Below are positions 29,722 through 37,680 of a stretch of 38,200 bases of DNA, in pieces. Position 1 is the first letter of the stretch, and each line of letters starts with the position of its first letter. A program made the position numbers and the translations under genes. The DNA lies in IMG/VR virus record IMGVR_UViG_3300046786_001136, positions 1-38,200 of that record; one strand, written 5' to 3'. The notes under the pieces were generated by a model that was given only the letters and a program-made list of their open reading frames with translations, was not told the DNA's origin and ran no database searches. This DNA comes from a virus. Taxonomy: Duplodnaviria; Caudoviricetes.

Positions 29722-30388
29722 ATTAAAAGCTCATGCCAAAGAATTGGAAGCAATTCTTGAGGCACGGGCTTTTTCTTCGCCTTCAGAAAACACCTCAGAA
29801 TGGTACACCAAGAACTTTACTAGTTGTTGGATACGTCGTGCCAATTTAGACGTGATTGACGTTAGCCAAGAGAAAAAATTATATATGATGCACTTGTGTG
29901 TATTTCCAAAAGTGTTTGATGCAGCACCTATTTATGGTTTTGACATTGTAGCTGGCACTAATAAGATAACAGGTGCATTTTTAGATTTTTCACCAACAGG
30001 TAGTCCAGACCATCCACTTTGCAAGTGGTTTGAAGAGTTTGTAGAGCCTACCGAGTGGTCAAAGCCACGACAACTACCAGAGTGGGCACGCAATATTTTT
30101 AGTCCGCGCATGGTAGCAGCAGGAAATATTAACTCAGAATTTGAACTTAGTTTAATCCTAGAAATATCAAAAAAATCGTTGATTTATTACTTGGATAATA
30201 TTTCAAAATACAGACCTAAGTTAACATACGAACAAATGGTAGAACAGTATAACTTTACTGAACAGCAGAATTACTACTGCCAACAGCAAAAATGTAACCC
30301 ACATACTCCACGAGTATTAAAATCGCTAGGATTCAATGATGATCAAGTCCATGATTATATACATAAAGAACTATTTCCTGAAGTATGA
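29702..30388 (+). CDS. pcyX: Ferredoxin-dependent bilin reductase, PcyX/PcyA-like
   Basis: RRA.L, MMHLCVFP, PIYGFDIVAG..KITGAFLDFSP, R.LPEWA..IFS, QNYYC.QQ..NPHT.RVL..LG, LFP. Directly follows heme oxygenase. Subfamily assignment is from recall. Confidence 0.8.
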   Translation: MSTIFNKLKAHAKELEAILEARAFSSPSENTSEWYTKNFTSCWIRRANLDVIDVSQEKKLYMMHLCVFPKVFDAAPIYGFDIVAGTNKITGAFLDFSPTGSPDHPLCKWFEEFVEPTEWSKPRQLPEWARNIFSPRMVAAGNINSEFELSLILEISKKSLIYYLDNISKYRPKLTYEQMVEQYNFTEQQNYYCQQQKCNPHTPRVLKSLGFNDDQVHDYIHKELFPEV

Positions 30389-30433
30389 ACAACAGTGGGT
30401 AGACTACTGGTACCACTATGGAGGCCCTAAATA

Positions 30434-30853
30434 ATGTGGATTTTAAAATTTTTACCTAACTGGTTATTCTATTTAACCTTACTAGCAGGTATTGCGGCAT
30501 TTTTGGTTACATACTTTGTTAAAGTACTACCACAAGCAAAACTTGTACAAGCAGCTAGTGCCGCAGTTGTTGCGTTTAGTATTTACATGATAGGTGCTAT
30601 TTCAAATAACGATGCGTGGTTAGCTCGTGTAAAAGACTTAGAAGTCAAAGTAGCTGAAGCAGAGGCCAAGTCGGCAACTACAAACACTGATATTGTAGAA
30701 AAAACAATTGTAAAAACGCAAGTAGTAAAAGAGCGTGGACAAGATATTGTTAAGTATGTAGATCGTGAAGTAGTTAAGTATGATACTAACTGCACAATTC
30801 CTCAAGAGTTTGTAACAGCCCACAATCGTGCAGCGGAGGCACCAAAGAAATGA
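30434..30853 (+). CDS. Inner-membrane spanin (Rz-like)
   Basis: N-terminal TM helices, a coiled region and a C-terminal C.IP..FV..HN.AA, followed by a lipoprotein and an endolysin. Confidence 0.7.
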   Translation: MWILKFLPNWLFYLTLLAGIAAFLVTYFVKVLPQAKLVQAASAAVVAFSIYMIGAISNNDAWLARVKDLEVKVAEAEAKSATTNTDIVEKTIVKTQVVKERGQDIVKYVDREVVKYDTNCTIPQEFVTAHNRAAEAPKK

Positions 30854-31116
30854 AATTACTAGTAATTGCACTAGCTTTAGGATTAAGCGCCTGCTCCACA
30901 ACTGTTCCAGTTACAGCAAAATTCCCAGCTGCACCAGGCAAAATAGTACAAGAACCTTGCTCAGACCTTAAAAAGCTTGAAGAACAGGCCAAGCTATCTG
31001 ACGTGGCAAAAACGGTTACAGTTAATTACTCAGAATACTATATGTGTGCCGTTAAGCTAGATGCTTGGCAACGTTGGTATCGAGAACAAAAAGTTATTTA
31101 TGAAGGATTAAAGTAA
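30850..31116 (+). CDS. Outer-membrane spanin lipoprotein (Rz1-like)
   Basis: Signal peptide with lipobox LSAC, Pro-rich mature region and additional Cys residues. Confidence 0.75.
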   Translation: MKLLVIALALGLSACSTTVPVTAKFPAAPGKIVQEPCSDLKKLEEQAKLSDVAKTVTVNYSEYYMCAVKLDAWQRWYREQKVIYEGLK

Positions 31117-31730
31117 TGGAATTACGAATAGATCAATTAAAACAAATTGTTCCTAAAAATCCATATATTGAATACTGGCACAATGCACTAGTTAAACTAT
31201 TGCCAGATTATGAGATTAACACTCCGCAACGTATGGCAGCGTTTTTAGCACAGTGTGCTCATGAGTCAGGTGGATTTACAGCAATCAAAGAGAATTTAAA
31301 TTATCGTGCAGTCACATTACGTAAGATTTTTCCTAAGTATTTCCCAACAGACGAGATGGCAGCCCAGTTTGCAAACAAGCCCCAGGCAATCGCAAATAAA
31401 GTGTATGCTAACCGAATGGGCAATGGTCCTGAAGAGTCTGGAGACGGCTATCGTTACTGCGGTCGCGGTCTTATTCAGCTAACTGGCAAAGATAACTACT
31501 TTTGGTTTGCCGCTAGTTTACAAATCACACCCGAAGAAGCTTCCGACTACATGGAAACTTTTGAAGGAGCCGCTCAGTCAGCATGCTGGTTCTGGGAAAC
31601 AAACAACTTAAATCAGTGGGCCGATAAAGATGATATCGTCACATTAACTAAACGTATCAATGGTGGTACTATAGGATTAGAAGATCGTAAAAAACATTAT
31701 GAACATGCAAAGCATGTACTAGGAGCGTAA
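31116..31730 (+). CDS. Endolysin, glycoside hydrolase family 19
   Basis: AAFLAQCAHESGGF..ENLNY, YANRMGN, GRGLIQLTGK.NY, SACWFW, TKRINGG..GL.DR. Confidence 0.93.
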   Translation: MELRIDQLKQIVPKNPYIEYWHNALVKLLPDYEINTPQRMAAFLAQCAHESGGFTAIKENLNYRAVTLRKIFPKYFPTDEMAAQFANKPQAIANKVYANRMGNGPEESGDGYRYCGRGLIQLTGKDNYFWFAASLQITPEEASDYMETFEGAAQSACWFWETNNLNQWADKDDIVTLTKRINGGTIGLEDRKKHYEHAKHVLGA

Positions 31731-31731
31731 T

Positions 31732-32847
31732 ATGGTTAAACAGGTTTTAGCAGCTTTATTAATAGTAATAGCAGGGAGTGCGAGTGCTCAAACCCTGATT
31801 AACCAAGGAACTTACGATTCAAAGTCGCTGGTAGATACAAATTCTACCAGTAACTCTACTAGTACAGTTAATACCACAAATAATAGTACTAGTACAAGCA
31901 CTGCTACCAGTAATTCAACAGTTAATAGTACAAATACTAACAATAACGTTAATACAAGTACCAGTACTAGTACAAATACAAACAACAATATCCAGTCAGG
32001 AACTGTTACCAATAACAACAACAATGTTAATTCAGGTTCAATGACTTATACCAACAATAATATTAATTCAGGTACAATGACTTACAACAATAATAATGTA
32101 AGTACAAGTGTAAATACCAACAATAATATTAATTCGGGTACCATGACGTATAATAACAATAATGTTAACACGTCAACTGCAACAAATACTAACAATAACA
32201 TTAATACTGGCGATATGACCAATCGCAATATCAATACCAGTACTTCAACATCTACTAACAACAATATCCAGTCAGGCTCAATGACTAACATTAATCAGAA
32301 TACTTCAACAGCAGTTTCTACAAACACTAATGTTAATCAAAATACAAATGCTAATACCAATGTTAATCAAAATATTAACTCAGGTGAAATGACCAATCGC
32401 AACATCAACGAGTCTACGATTACACAACGTGTAATTCAACCACCTCCAACTGCTGTAGCGCCTACAATGATGAGTGGCGGCAACGCTGATCTTTGCTCAA
32501 CAGGTACTTCAGGAAGTGTACAAACACAGATTTTTGGTGTTTCAGGAGGCGGAACAACTCGTGATATGAACTGCGAGCGTTTAAAATTATCAAAAACACT
32601 ATTTGATATGGGCATGAAAGTAGCAGCAGTTGCCACAATGTGTCAAGATCGTCGCGTGTTTGATGCCATGTTAGCCGCTGGTACACCCTGCCCTTATGAA
32701 GGCAAAATTGGTGAACAGGCTCGTGCTGCATGGGAAGCAAACCCCGATAAGTTGCCTAAGTTAGACAAAGTGGAGAAAATAGATGACACTGCTAAGAAAA
32801 TTGGTATCGGTGCTTTGTTGGGCGTTCTTGTGCACAAGCTATTCTAA
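31732..32847 (+). CDS. Exported protein with an Asn/Thr/Ser repeat region and a 4-Cys C-terminal domain
   Basis: Signal peptide ending ASA-Q, about 200 aa of NNNINSG.MT repeats, C..C..C..CP domain and a hydrophobic C-terminal tail. Confidence 0.7.
   Translation: MVKQVLAALLIVIAGSASAQTLINQGTYDSKSLVDTNSTSNSTSTVNTTNNSTSTSTATSNSTVNSTNTNNNVNTSTSTSTNTNNNIQSGTVTNNNNNVNSGSMTYTNNNINSGTMTYNNNNVSTSVNTNNNINSGTMTYNNNNVNTSTATNTNNNINTGDMTNRNINTSTSTSTNNNIQSGSMTNINQNTSTAVSTNTNVNQNTNANTNVNQNINSGEMTNRNINESTITQRVIQPPPTAVAPTMMSGGNADLCSTGTSGSVQTQIFGVSGGGTTRDMNCERLKLSKTLFDMGMKVAAVATMCQDRRVFDAMLAAGTPCPYEGKIGEQARAAWEANPDKLPKLDKVEKIDDTAKKIGIGALLGVLVHKLF
31840..32420 (+). repeat. Imperfect Asn/Thr/Ser coding repeats
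   Basis: NNN(I/V)(N/Q)(S/T)G.(M/V)T.. recurs about 7 times, separated by TSTST spacers. Boundaries are approximate. Confidence 0.85.
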
Positions 32848-34450
32848 TAGTCAAGAATTAGTACCAGGTCAAACTTACACAACAGGCAATATTGTTATCC
32901 CAACAACTACTGCAACTGGTTCAACATGGACAGGTGCAGTATATCAAGACAATTTAACTTGCTGGGCGTATGGTGATCCAGGATACTGCGGACCACAAGC
33001 TATTGTACGTCCAGGCAATAACTTAAACTTTAGTTACGGCTCTACCTATGTTTATCAACAGCAATATGTTAACACACTACTGCCAGAATCAACAGGTTTG
33101 GTAGTTAATGGTTATAACTTTGGGTTTACAGCTAAAAACGGCAATGGTTGGGACAATGGAATGACAGACCAATTAACGGCACTTGTTCGTTTTTGGGATA
33201 ATACTGGTGGCCGCGGCGCATCAAACTTGCTGTACGGTAATGCTTGGAATTTAAGTTACAAGTATAATTGGACAAACTTTAACTACTCAGACACATTTCA
33301 AACCCCATTAGCAGCTCCTAGTATTGGTCAAGTACAGTACGGTTTTATTGGTCGTGATAACAATGGTTGGGCAGGGCCTTATGGCCCCGAAGTTTACAAT
33401 GTTAGTTTCTCACTAAAGTACTCAGTTGATCCTTGTGCATCAAACCCACTGTCTTCTCCAACGTGTAAAGGTTATTTAGATGCATTAGCAAAACTAGTGC
33501 CTGCAACCTCAACACCAACCACAACACAAGAAACTACACCTGTGTCACAACCCATACTAGAACAAGCTACTGCACCCGTTACACAACCAGTAGCCACAAC
33601 TAGTACTAGCACTGTTGCAGTACAACAACCAGCACAAATTCAAACAACGGCCACAGTTGCCGTTACACAGGAAAAATCTGTTGCAACACCAGGTAACTTA
33701 AGTTTTGCACTGAATTTAATTTCGCGTAATAGTGACCGTGAAAAAGCTATACAGCAACAAGCAGTAGCTACTGCTACTGCAGAGGCACAGGCCGCAGGCG
33801 ATAAAGCCGTAGCAACAGCCACCTCCACCGCAGCCTCCTCTGCTAGTGCTTCTATAACAAGCGATACAGCTTTTACAGGTACGGGAATACAATTAGCTAG
33901 TTCTAGTAGCAGAACCTCAGCTGCATCAAGCATACAACAACAGCAAAATGCTGGTACTGGACTACAGGTATCCCAAGCGTTTAATACTGCCACACAACAG
34001 GAACAGCAAGGCCAGTTGCAGTTAAGTGCTCCAGTAACTGTGGAAAGTATACAAAGTACTCAACCACAAGGATTGTTTGAAGCGCAAGCTCAAAAGCAAC
34101 AAGAAGCAGAACTACCACAACAAATTGCAGGATTTATTGCAGATCGTAATAACTTACTACGAGAAATAATCTTGCCAACCTTGCAAAATGAAACACAGCA
34201 AGAGCAACCTGTGCAACAAGTAAATCGCAACGCACAGCCAAATGAAGCCGCAGTGGGAGTGGCTTTAGAACGTATGATGGTAGTACCCCAAGGTTACGCC
34301 AGCTACACAAACTTTGCGTTACGTGACGCAAGTTTTTATGAGCCACGGGAAGTTTACAAAAATCAAACAGTTGTAGACAATGTTAGAGTTTTACGCGGTT
34401 TAGGGTCGGATCAAAAGCATCAAGACTTAGTAAACCTGCAATACAAATAG
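32783..34450 (+). CDS. Exported protein: N-terminal beta-rich domain, T/Q/A-rich linker, C-terminal domain
   Basis: Probable signal peptide, Cys pairs (CWAYGDPGYC; DPCASNPLSSPTC), G.D.GWAGPYGP motif and a long low-complexity linker. Overlaps the upstream gene by 65 nt. Confidence 0.65.
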   Translation: MTLLRKLVSVLCWAFLCTSYSNSQELVPGQTYTTGNIVIPTTTATGSTWTGAVYQDNLTCWAYGDPGYCGPQAIVRPGNNLNFSYGSTYVYQQQYVNTLLPESTGLVVNGYNFGFTAKNGNGWDNGMTDQLTALVRFWDNTGGRGASNLLYGNAWNLSYKYNWTNFNYSDTFQTPLAAPSIGQVQYGFIGRDNNGWAGPYGPEVYNVSFSLKYSVDPCASNPLSSPTCKGYLDALAKLVPATSTPTTTQETTPVSQPILEQATAPVTQPVATTSTSTVAVQQPAQIQTTATVAVTQEKSVATPGNLSFALNLISRNSDREKAIQQQAVATATAEAQAAGDKAVATATSTAASSASASITSDTAFTGTGIQLASSSSRTSAASSIQQQQNAGTGLQVSQAFNTATQQEQQGQLQLSAPVTVESIQSTQPQGLFEAQAQKQQEAELPQQIAGFIADRNNLLREIILPTLQNETQQEQPVQQVNRNAQPNEAAVGVALERMMVVPQGYASYTNFALRDASFYEPREVYKNQTVVDNVRVLRGLGSDQKHQDLVNLQYK

Positions 34451-34458
34451 GAGTTAGT

Positions 34459-34983
34459 ATGGCAGAAGATTTAAACAAAAAAGTTGACGAACTAGAAGCC
34501 GCAGCTAAAAAATACGCATCAAAAGATACTGTTATTAGCGTTGGCGGCTACGAGTTTACTCCGGCTAAACTAATGGTAGCATTTACAATTGTAAGCTCTA
34601 GTTTAGGTGGTTTATATGGTACTTTTGAAATATACAAAGACTATATGGGCATGAAGAAAAAGATTGCTGACTACATTACTCCAGACTTAAGTGAATTTGA
34701 CAAGCGTCTAGCAGTTATTGAACAGAACTCAGCAAAAACTTCAGACTATACTCGTGACATTAAAAATGACTTAAAAAACGATTTGCGTAGAAACGAAACT
34801 GTTACTGAGCAAATTGAGCGAAGTGTAAAACAATCACAACGTGAAATTGAGCAAGATGTAAAGAGTGTTCAGCGTGAAATGCGCGCAGATCAAGACCGTA
34901 CTCGTGCCGAGTTAGAAAAACTACGGCGTGAAGTAGACTCAAAAATACAAAAAGCTATAGATAATCCTTTAGCTAACAAGTAA
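34459..34983 (+). CDS. Single-pass membrane coiled-coil protein
   Basis: TM segment LMVAFTIVSSSLGGLYG, a long charged heptad region and C-terminal AIDNPLA. Confidence 0.65.
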   Translation: MAEDLNKKVDELEAAAKKYASKDTVISVGGYEFTPAKLMVAFTIVSSSLGGLYGTFEIYKDYMGMKKKIADYITPDLSEFDKRLAVIEQNSAKTSDYTRDIKNDLKNDLRRNETVTEQIERSVKQSQREIEQDVKSVQREMRADQDRTRAELEKLRREVDSKIQKAIDNPLANK

Positions 34984-35111
34984 TGTCCGCCCTAATACTA
35001 ACATTCGTGTTAGGGTACACTAAACCAGAATATGAATGTGTAAGATGGAAATGGTCGGGAGACGTATATAGTAGAAAAGTAGTTTGCCTAGAGTGGAGGA
35101 AGAAAAAATGA
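34983..35111 (+). CDS. 42-aa small protein (missing from the ORF track)
   Basis: MSALILTFVLGYTKPEYECVRWKWSGDVYSRKVVCLEWRKKK*. Coupled by TAATG upstream and ATGA downstream, so it fills the gap exactly. Confidence 0.8.
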   Translation: MSALILTFVLGYTKPEYECVRWKWSGDVYSRKVVCLEWRKKK

Positions 35112-35605
35112 TTGATCCGATGACGGCACTAGCAGGCTTGCAGTCTGCTATTTCAATGGTTAAAAAAGCCAGCAAAGTTGCAAATGATTTAGGATCCCTT
35201 GCTCCAATGATTGGCAAAATGTTTGATGCTAAAAGCGCGGCTACCAAAGCTTTAATAGAAGCAAAGAAGTCCAAAAAAGGTTCAAACTTAGGTGCAGCTC
35301 TTCAAATTGAAATGGCTCTTGAACAAGCCAGAGCATTTGAAGAAGAACTTAAAATGTTATTCATGCAAACAGGCAAAATTGATGTTTGGAATAAGATTAA
35401 AGCTCGCCAAGCAGAAATGGATCGTGACGATGCCATTGAAATGCGTAAATTGCGTGACGCAGAAAAACGCGAAAAAGAAAAAGAAGCAGAGTTAAATCAA
35501 ATGGCTATTATATTGTCAGTTTCTGCTTTTGTTTTATTTATGATGTTTGTTGGCGTTAATGAAATGATAGATTTCTGTCAAACCACTCACAGGTGCGGAC
35601 GATGA
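35108..35605 (+). CDS. Helical protein with a C-terminal TM segment (start revised to 35108)
   Basis: ATG at 35108 follows a GGAGG RBS and gives MIDPMTALAG. Coiled region, then MAIILSVSAFVLFMMFVGV. Confidence 0.7.
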   Translation: MIDPMTALAGLQSAISMVKKASKVANDLGSLAPMIGKMFDAKSAATKALIEAKKSKKGSNLGAALQIEMALEQARAFEEELKMLFMQTGKIDVWNKIKARQAEMDRDDAIEMRKLRDAEKREKEKEAELNQMAIILSVSAFVLFMMFVGVNEMIDFCQTTHRCGR

Positions 35606-35751
35606 ATGAATACCAAAAACAATTTGATATGTTCTTAAAAGTATTTATCTATGGTTGTATAGCTTGGTGGTTCTTAGGATTATTACAATTTTTACCAGAC
35701 GATTTATCAAATAGAATCGTTAATTTACTATTAGGAAAAGTAGGCTTATAA
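35602..35751 (+). CDS. 49-aa membrane protein (missing from the ORF track)
   Basis: MNEYQKQFDMFLKVFIYGCIAWWFLGLLQFLPDDLSNRIVNLLLGKVGL*. ATGA overlap with the upstream stop, ending 3 nt before the next ATG. Confidence 0.75.
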   Translation: MNEYQKQFDMFLKVFIYGCIAWWFLGLLQFLPDDLSNRIVNLLLGKVGL

Positions 35752-35754
35752 GAG

Positions 35755-36039
35755 ATGCATAATGATTTAAAATTATTTAAATGGGCAATTATTTTGCTTG
35801 TATTACCTCTGACTTTAGCATTTTGCGGCAAAGACAATTTTAGATACCCTTGTCAAGACCCTGCTAACTGGGATAAAGATTTTTGTAAGCCACCAATCTG
35901 TGATGTTACACGAACTTGTCCAGAACACATTTTTAAAGGCCAGCGTGATCCACGTCTTGGGCCTCCATCAACAAGTACAGCACCTGTAGCACCAGCTCAA
36001 TGTACTACTCCAACACAAGGAACTAACTGTGGAAAGTAA
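35755..36039 (+). CDS. Small Cys-rich exported or lipoprotein-like protein
   Basis: Hydrophobic N-terminus ending LAFC (atypical lipobox), then RYPCQDPANW...CKPPIC....C. Confidence 0.6.
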   Translation: MHNDLKLFKWAIILLVLPLTLAFCGKDNFRYPCQDPANWDKDFCKPPICDVTRTCPEHIFKGQRDPRLGPPSTSTAPVAPAQCTTPTQGTNCGK

Positions 36040-36487
36040 CTCAATTATTTATACTGAAGATCAGTTAATGGCGCGCCTAAAATTCTTTATTGGCATTTGT
36101 CTTGCGCTGACATTAACGGGCATTGTATTTGTAGTTTTATACTCAATTATTTTCATTACCCAGCCCCTAAACGCTATTAGTCCAATTGACCAAAAGTTTT
36201 TTGAGATGATTATTCCAATTGCTACTTTCTTAACAGGTACATTGTCAGGAATTATGTTAGCTGGCGGTAGTAAAGAAGAAATGGAAATGAAGCGGGATAT
36301 GATTAAGCAAGCACAGGAAAATTCAAATACCTATGCTAAAGCTAATCCAATGAAAATAGAGCCCGCATTTACAGCACCTATTCAAACTACAGCTGGATTT
36401 AACGGAACTAGCGCTGCTCCTGTTACTAATATTACTTATATTAATGGCAAACCTGCACCAGTTCAAGCCCCACAGCCCGAACTTTAA
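36029..36487 (+). CDS. Two-TM membrane protein (holin candidate)
   Basis: GTG start with AAGGA RBS and two hydrophobic helices (FFIGICLALTLTGIVFVVLYSIIFI; MIIPIATFLTGTLSGIMLAG). Confidence 0.6.
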   Translation: MESNSIIYTEDQLMARLKFFIGICLALTLTGIVFVVLYSIIFITQPLNAISPIDQKFFEMIIPIATFLTGTLSGIMLAGGSKEEMEMKRDMIKQAQENSNTYAKANPMKIEPAFTAPIQTTAGFNGTSAAPVTNITYINGKPAPVQAPQPEL

Positions 36488-36706
36488 ATGAATAAGTTAA
36501 AAATTATGCTATCAGAGGATCCTGCTATTAGCAGTAAGCGAGTAATTACTTTTCTTGCTTTTTTCTTGTGTGGTTCCGCTTTTATAGCAATGATGTTTGG
36601 ATACCCAATAGATCAAAAATTATTTGATTCTATGATGTATATTGTAATTGCAGGTCTAGGATTTACAGCAAGCGAAAAGTTTGCATCAACCAAGGAAATT
36701 AAATGA
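36488..36706 (+). CDS. Small two-TM membrane protein (holin candidate)
   Basis: SSKRV, two TM helices and a charged C-terminus (GLGFTASEKF...K). Confidence 0.6.
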   Translation: MNKLKIMLSEDPAISSKRVITFLAFFLCGSAFIAMMFGYPIDQKLFDSMMYIVIAGLGFTASEKFASTKEIK

Positions 36707-36912
36707 AAAAAGTTATTGTAGCAATTGTTGCTAGTTTGGCACTTGTTTCAGCATTTGCGGAAGCAGAAACCAAAAAAGTCTGTAAAGAAAAAACAGACAA
36801 AGCTGGTAAAGTTGTGTTAGACAAAGCAGGCAAACCACAAGAAGAGTGCAAGACTATTAAAGTCCACCAAAAACTTGAAGGTACTAAAGTTGATGATGTA
36901 AAGAAGAAGTAA
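36703..36912 (+). CDS. Small exported basic protein with a Cys pair
   Basis: Signal peptide ending AFA, then KKVC...ECKTIKVH, Lys-rich. Confidence 0.65.
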   Translation: MKKVIVAIVASLALVSAFAEAETKKVCKEKTDKAGKVVLDKAGKPQEECKTIKVHQKLEGTKVDDVKKK

Positions 36913-36920
36913 ATTTATAT

Positions 36921-36949
36921 TTGACAGATGCACGTTGGTCTGCTATAAT
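36921..36949 (+). promoter_or_regulatory. Consensus sigma70 promoter with extended -10, upstream of phoH
   Basis: TTGACA (36921-36926), 17-bp spacer, TATAAT (36944-36949), with TG at 36941-36942. Confidence 0.9.
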
Positions 36950-36991
36950 ATAAATTGGCAGACCGATTTTATCAACCTTACAAGGAAGTTT

Positions 36992-37678
36992 ATGGCAAGT
37001 GGTAAAAGAGCAAGACGCGACAACGTAGTACAGTTGGAACGTAACCCAATAGAGTATGGATTTACAGATGTAAAACCACTAAACTTTATACAAGCGGAGT
37101 ATCTAAGAGCAATTCAATCTAATCAAATCGTATTTGGTGTAGGAAGTGCTGGAACAGGTAAGACGTATGTAGCAGCAACGTATGCAGCGGGAGAACTCTT
37201 TCATAGACGTATTCAAAAAATTATTTTAACTAGGCCCAACGTTGAAACAGGACGGGGTCTGGGATTTTTACCAGGTACACTAGAGGAGAAGTATGCTCCA
37301 TATCTAGAACCATTTGATAGCGTATTTACTCGTAGCCTTGGAAAAGGCTTTTATGAGTATGCATTAAAAGCAAAAACCATTGAGCCTAAACCACTGGGCT
37401 TTATGCGAGGTGCAACTTTTGACAATTGCATCGTTCTTTTAGATGAAGCACAAAATGCTACTAAAGAAGAAATGAAAATGTTGCTATCACGAATTGGTAA
37501 AAATTGTAAGATGATTATTTCAGGAGATGTAGATCAAGCCGATATTCCTGATTCAGGATTATCAGACGCAATTCATCGTTTAGACCGAATTCCAGACATT
37601 GAAGTTGTCAGATTTATGGATGACGATATTGTCAGATCTAAGATGTGTAAACAAATTATTTTAGCTTATAGAGATTAA
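36992..37678 (+). CDS. phoH: PhoH-family ATPase (start revised to 36992)
   Basis: GSAGTGKT Walker A, LGFLPG, FMRGATF, LLDEAQN, GD..Q.D, SGL, DIVRS. The ATG follows AAGGAAG, and the longer ORF-track start lies inside the promoter. Confidence 0.95.
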   Translation: MASGKRARRDNVVQLERNPIEYGFTDVKPLNFIQAEYLRAIQSNQIVFGVGSAGTGKTYVAATYAAGELFHRRIQKIILTRPNVETGRGLGFLPGTLEEKYAPYLEPFDSVFTRSLGKGFYEYALKAKTIEPKPLGFMRGATFDNCIVLLDEAQNATKEEMKMLLSRIGKNCKMIISGDVDQADIPDSGLSDAIHRLDRIPDIEVVRFMDDDIVRSKMCKQIILAYRD

Positions 37679-37680
37679 TT

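Noticed and set aside
29702-30388. Calling the phage a cyanophage because of the bilin genes
   Set aside because: No psbA, hli, cpeT or petF in the window, and the sequence looks more like PcyX. The host cannot be determined from this window alone.
31840-32420. Possible CRISPR array or non-coding tandem repeat
   Set aside because: The repeats are degenerate, in-frame and coding, with no constant repeat and unique spacer structure.
122-35837. Numerous short minus-strand and alternate-frame ORFs in the track
   Set aside because: They lie inside or across well-supported + strand genes and read as antisense shadows of Thr/Asn-rich coding, with no motifs or RBS.
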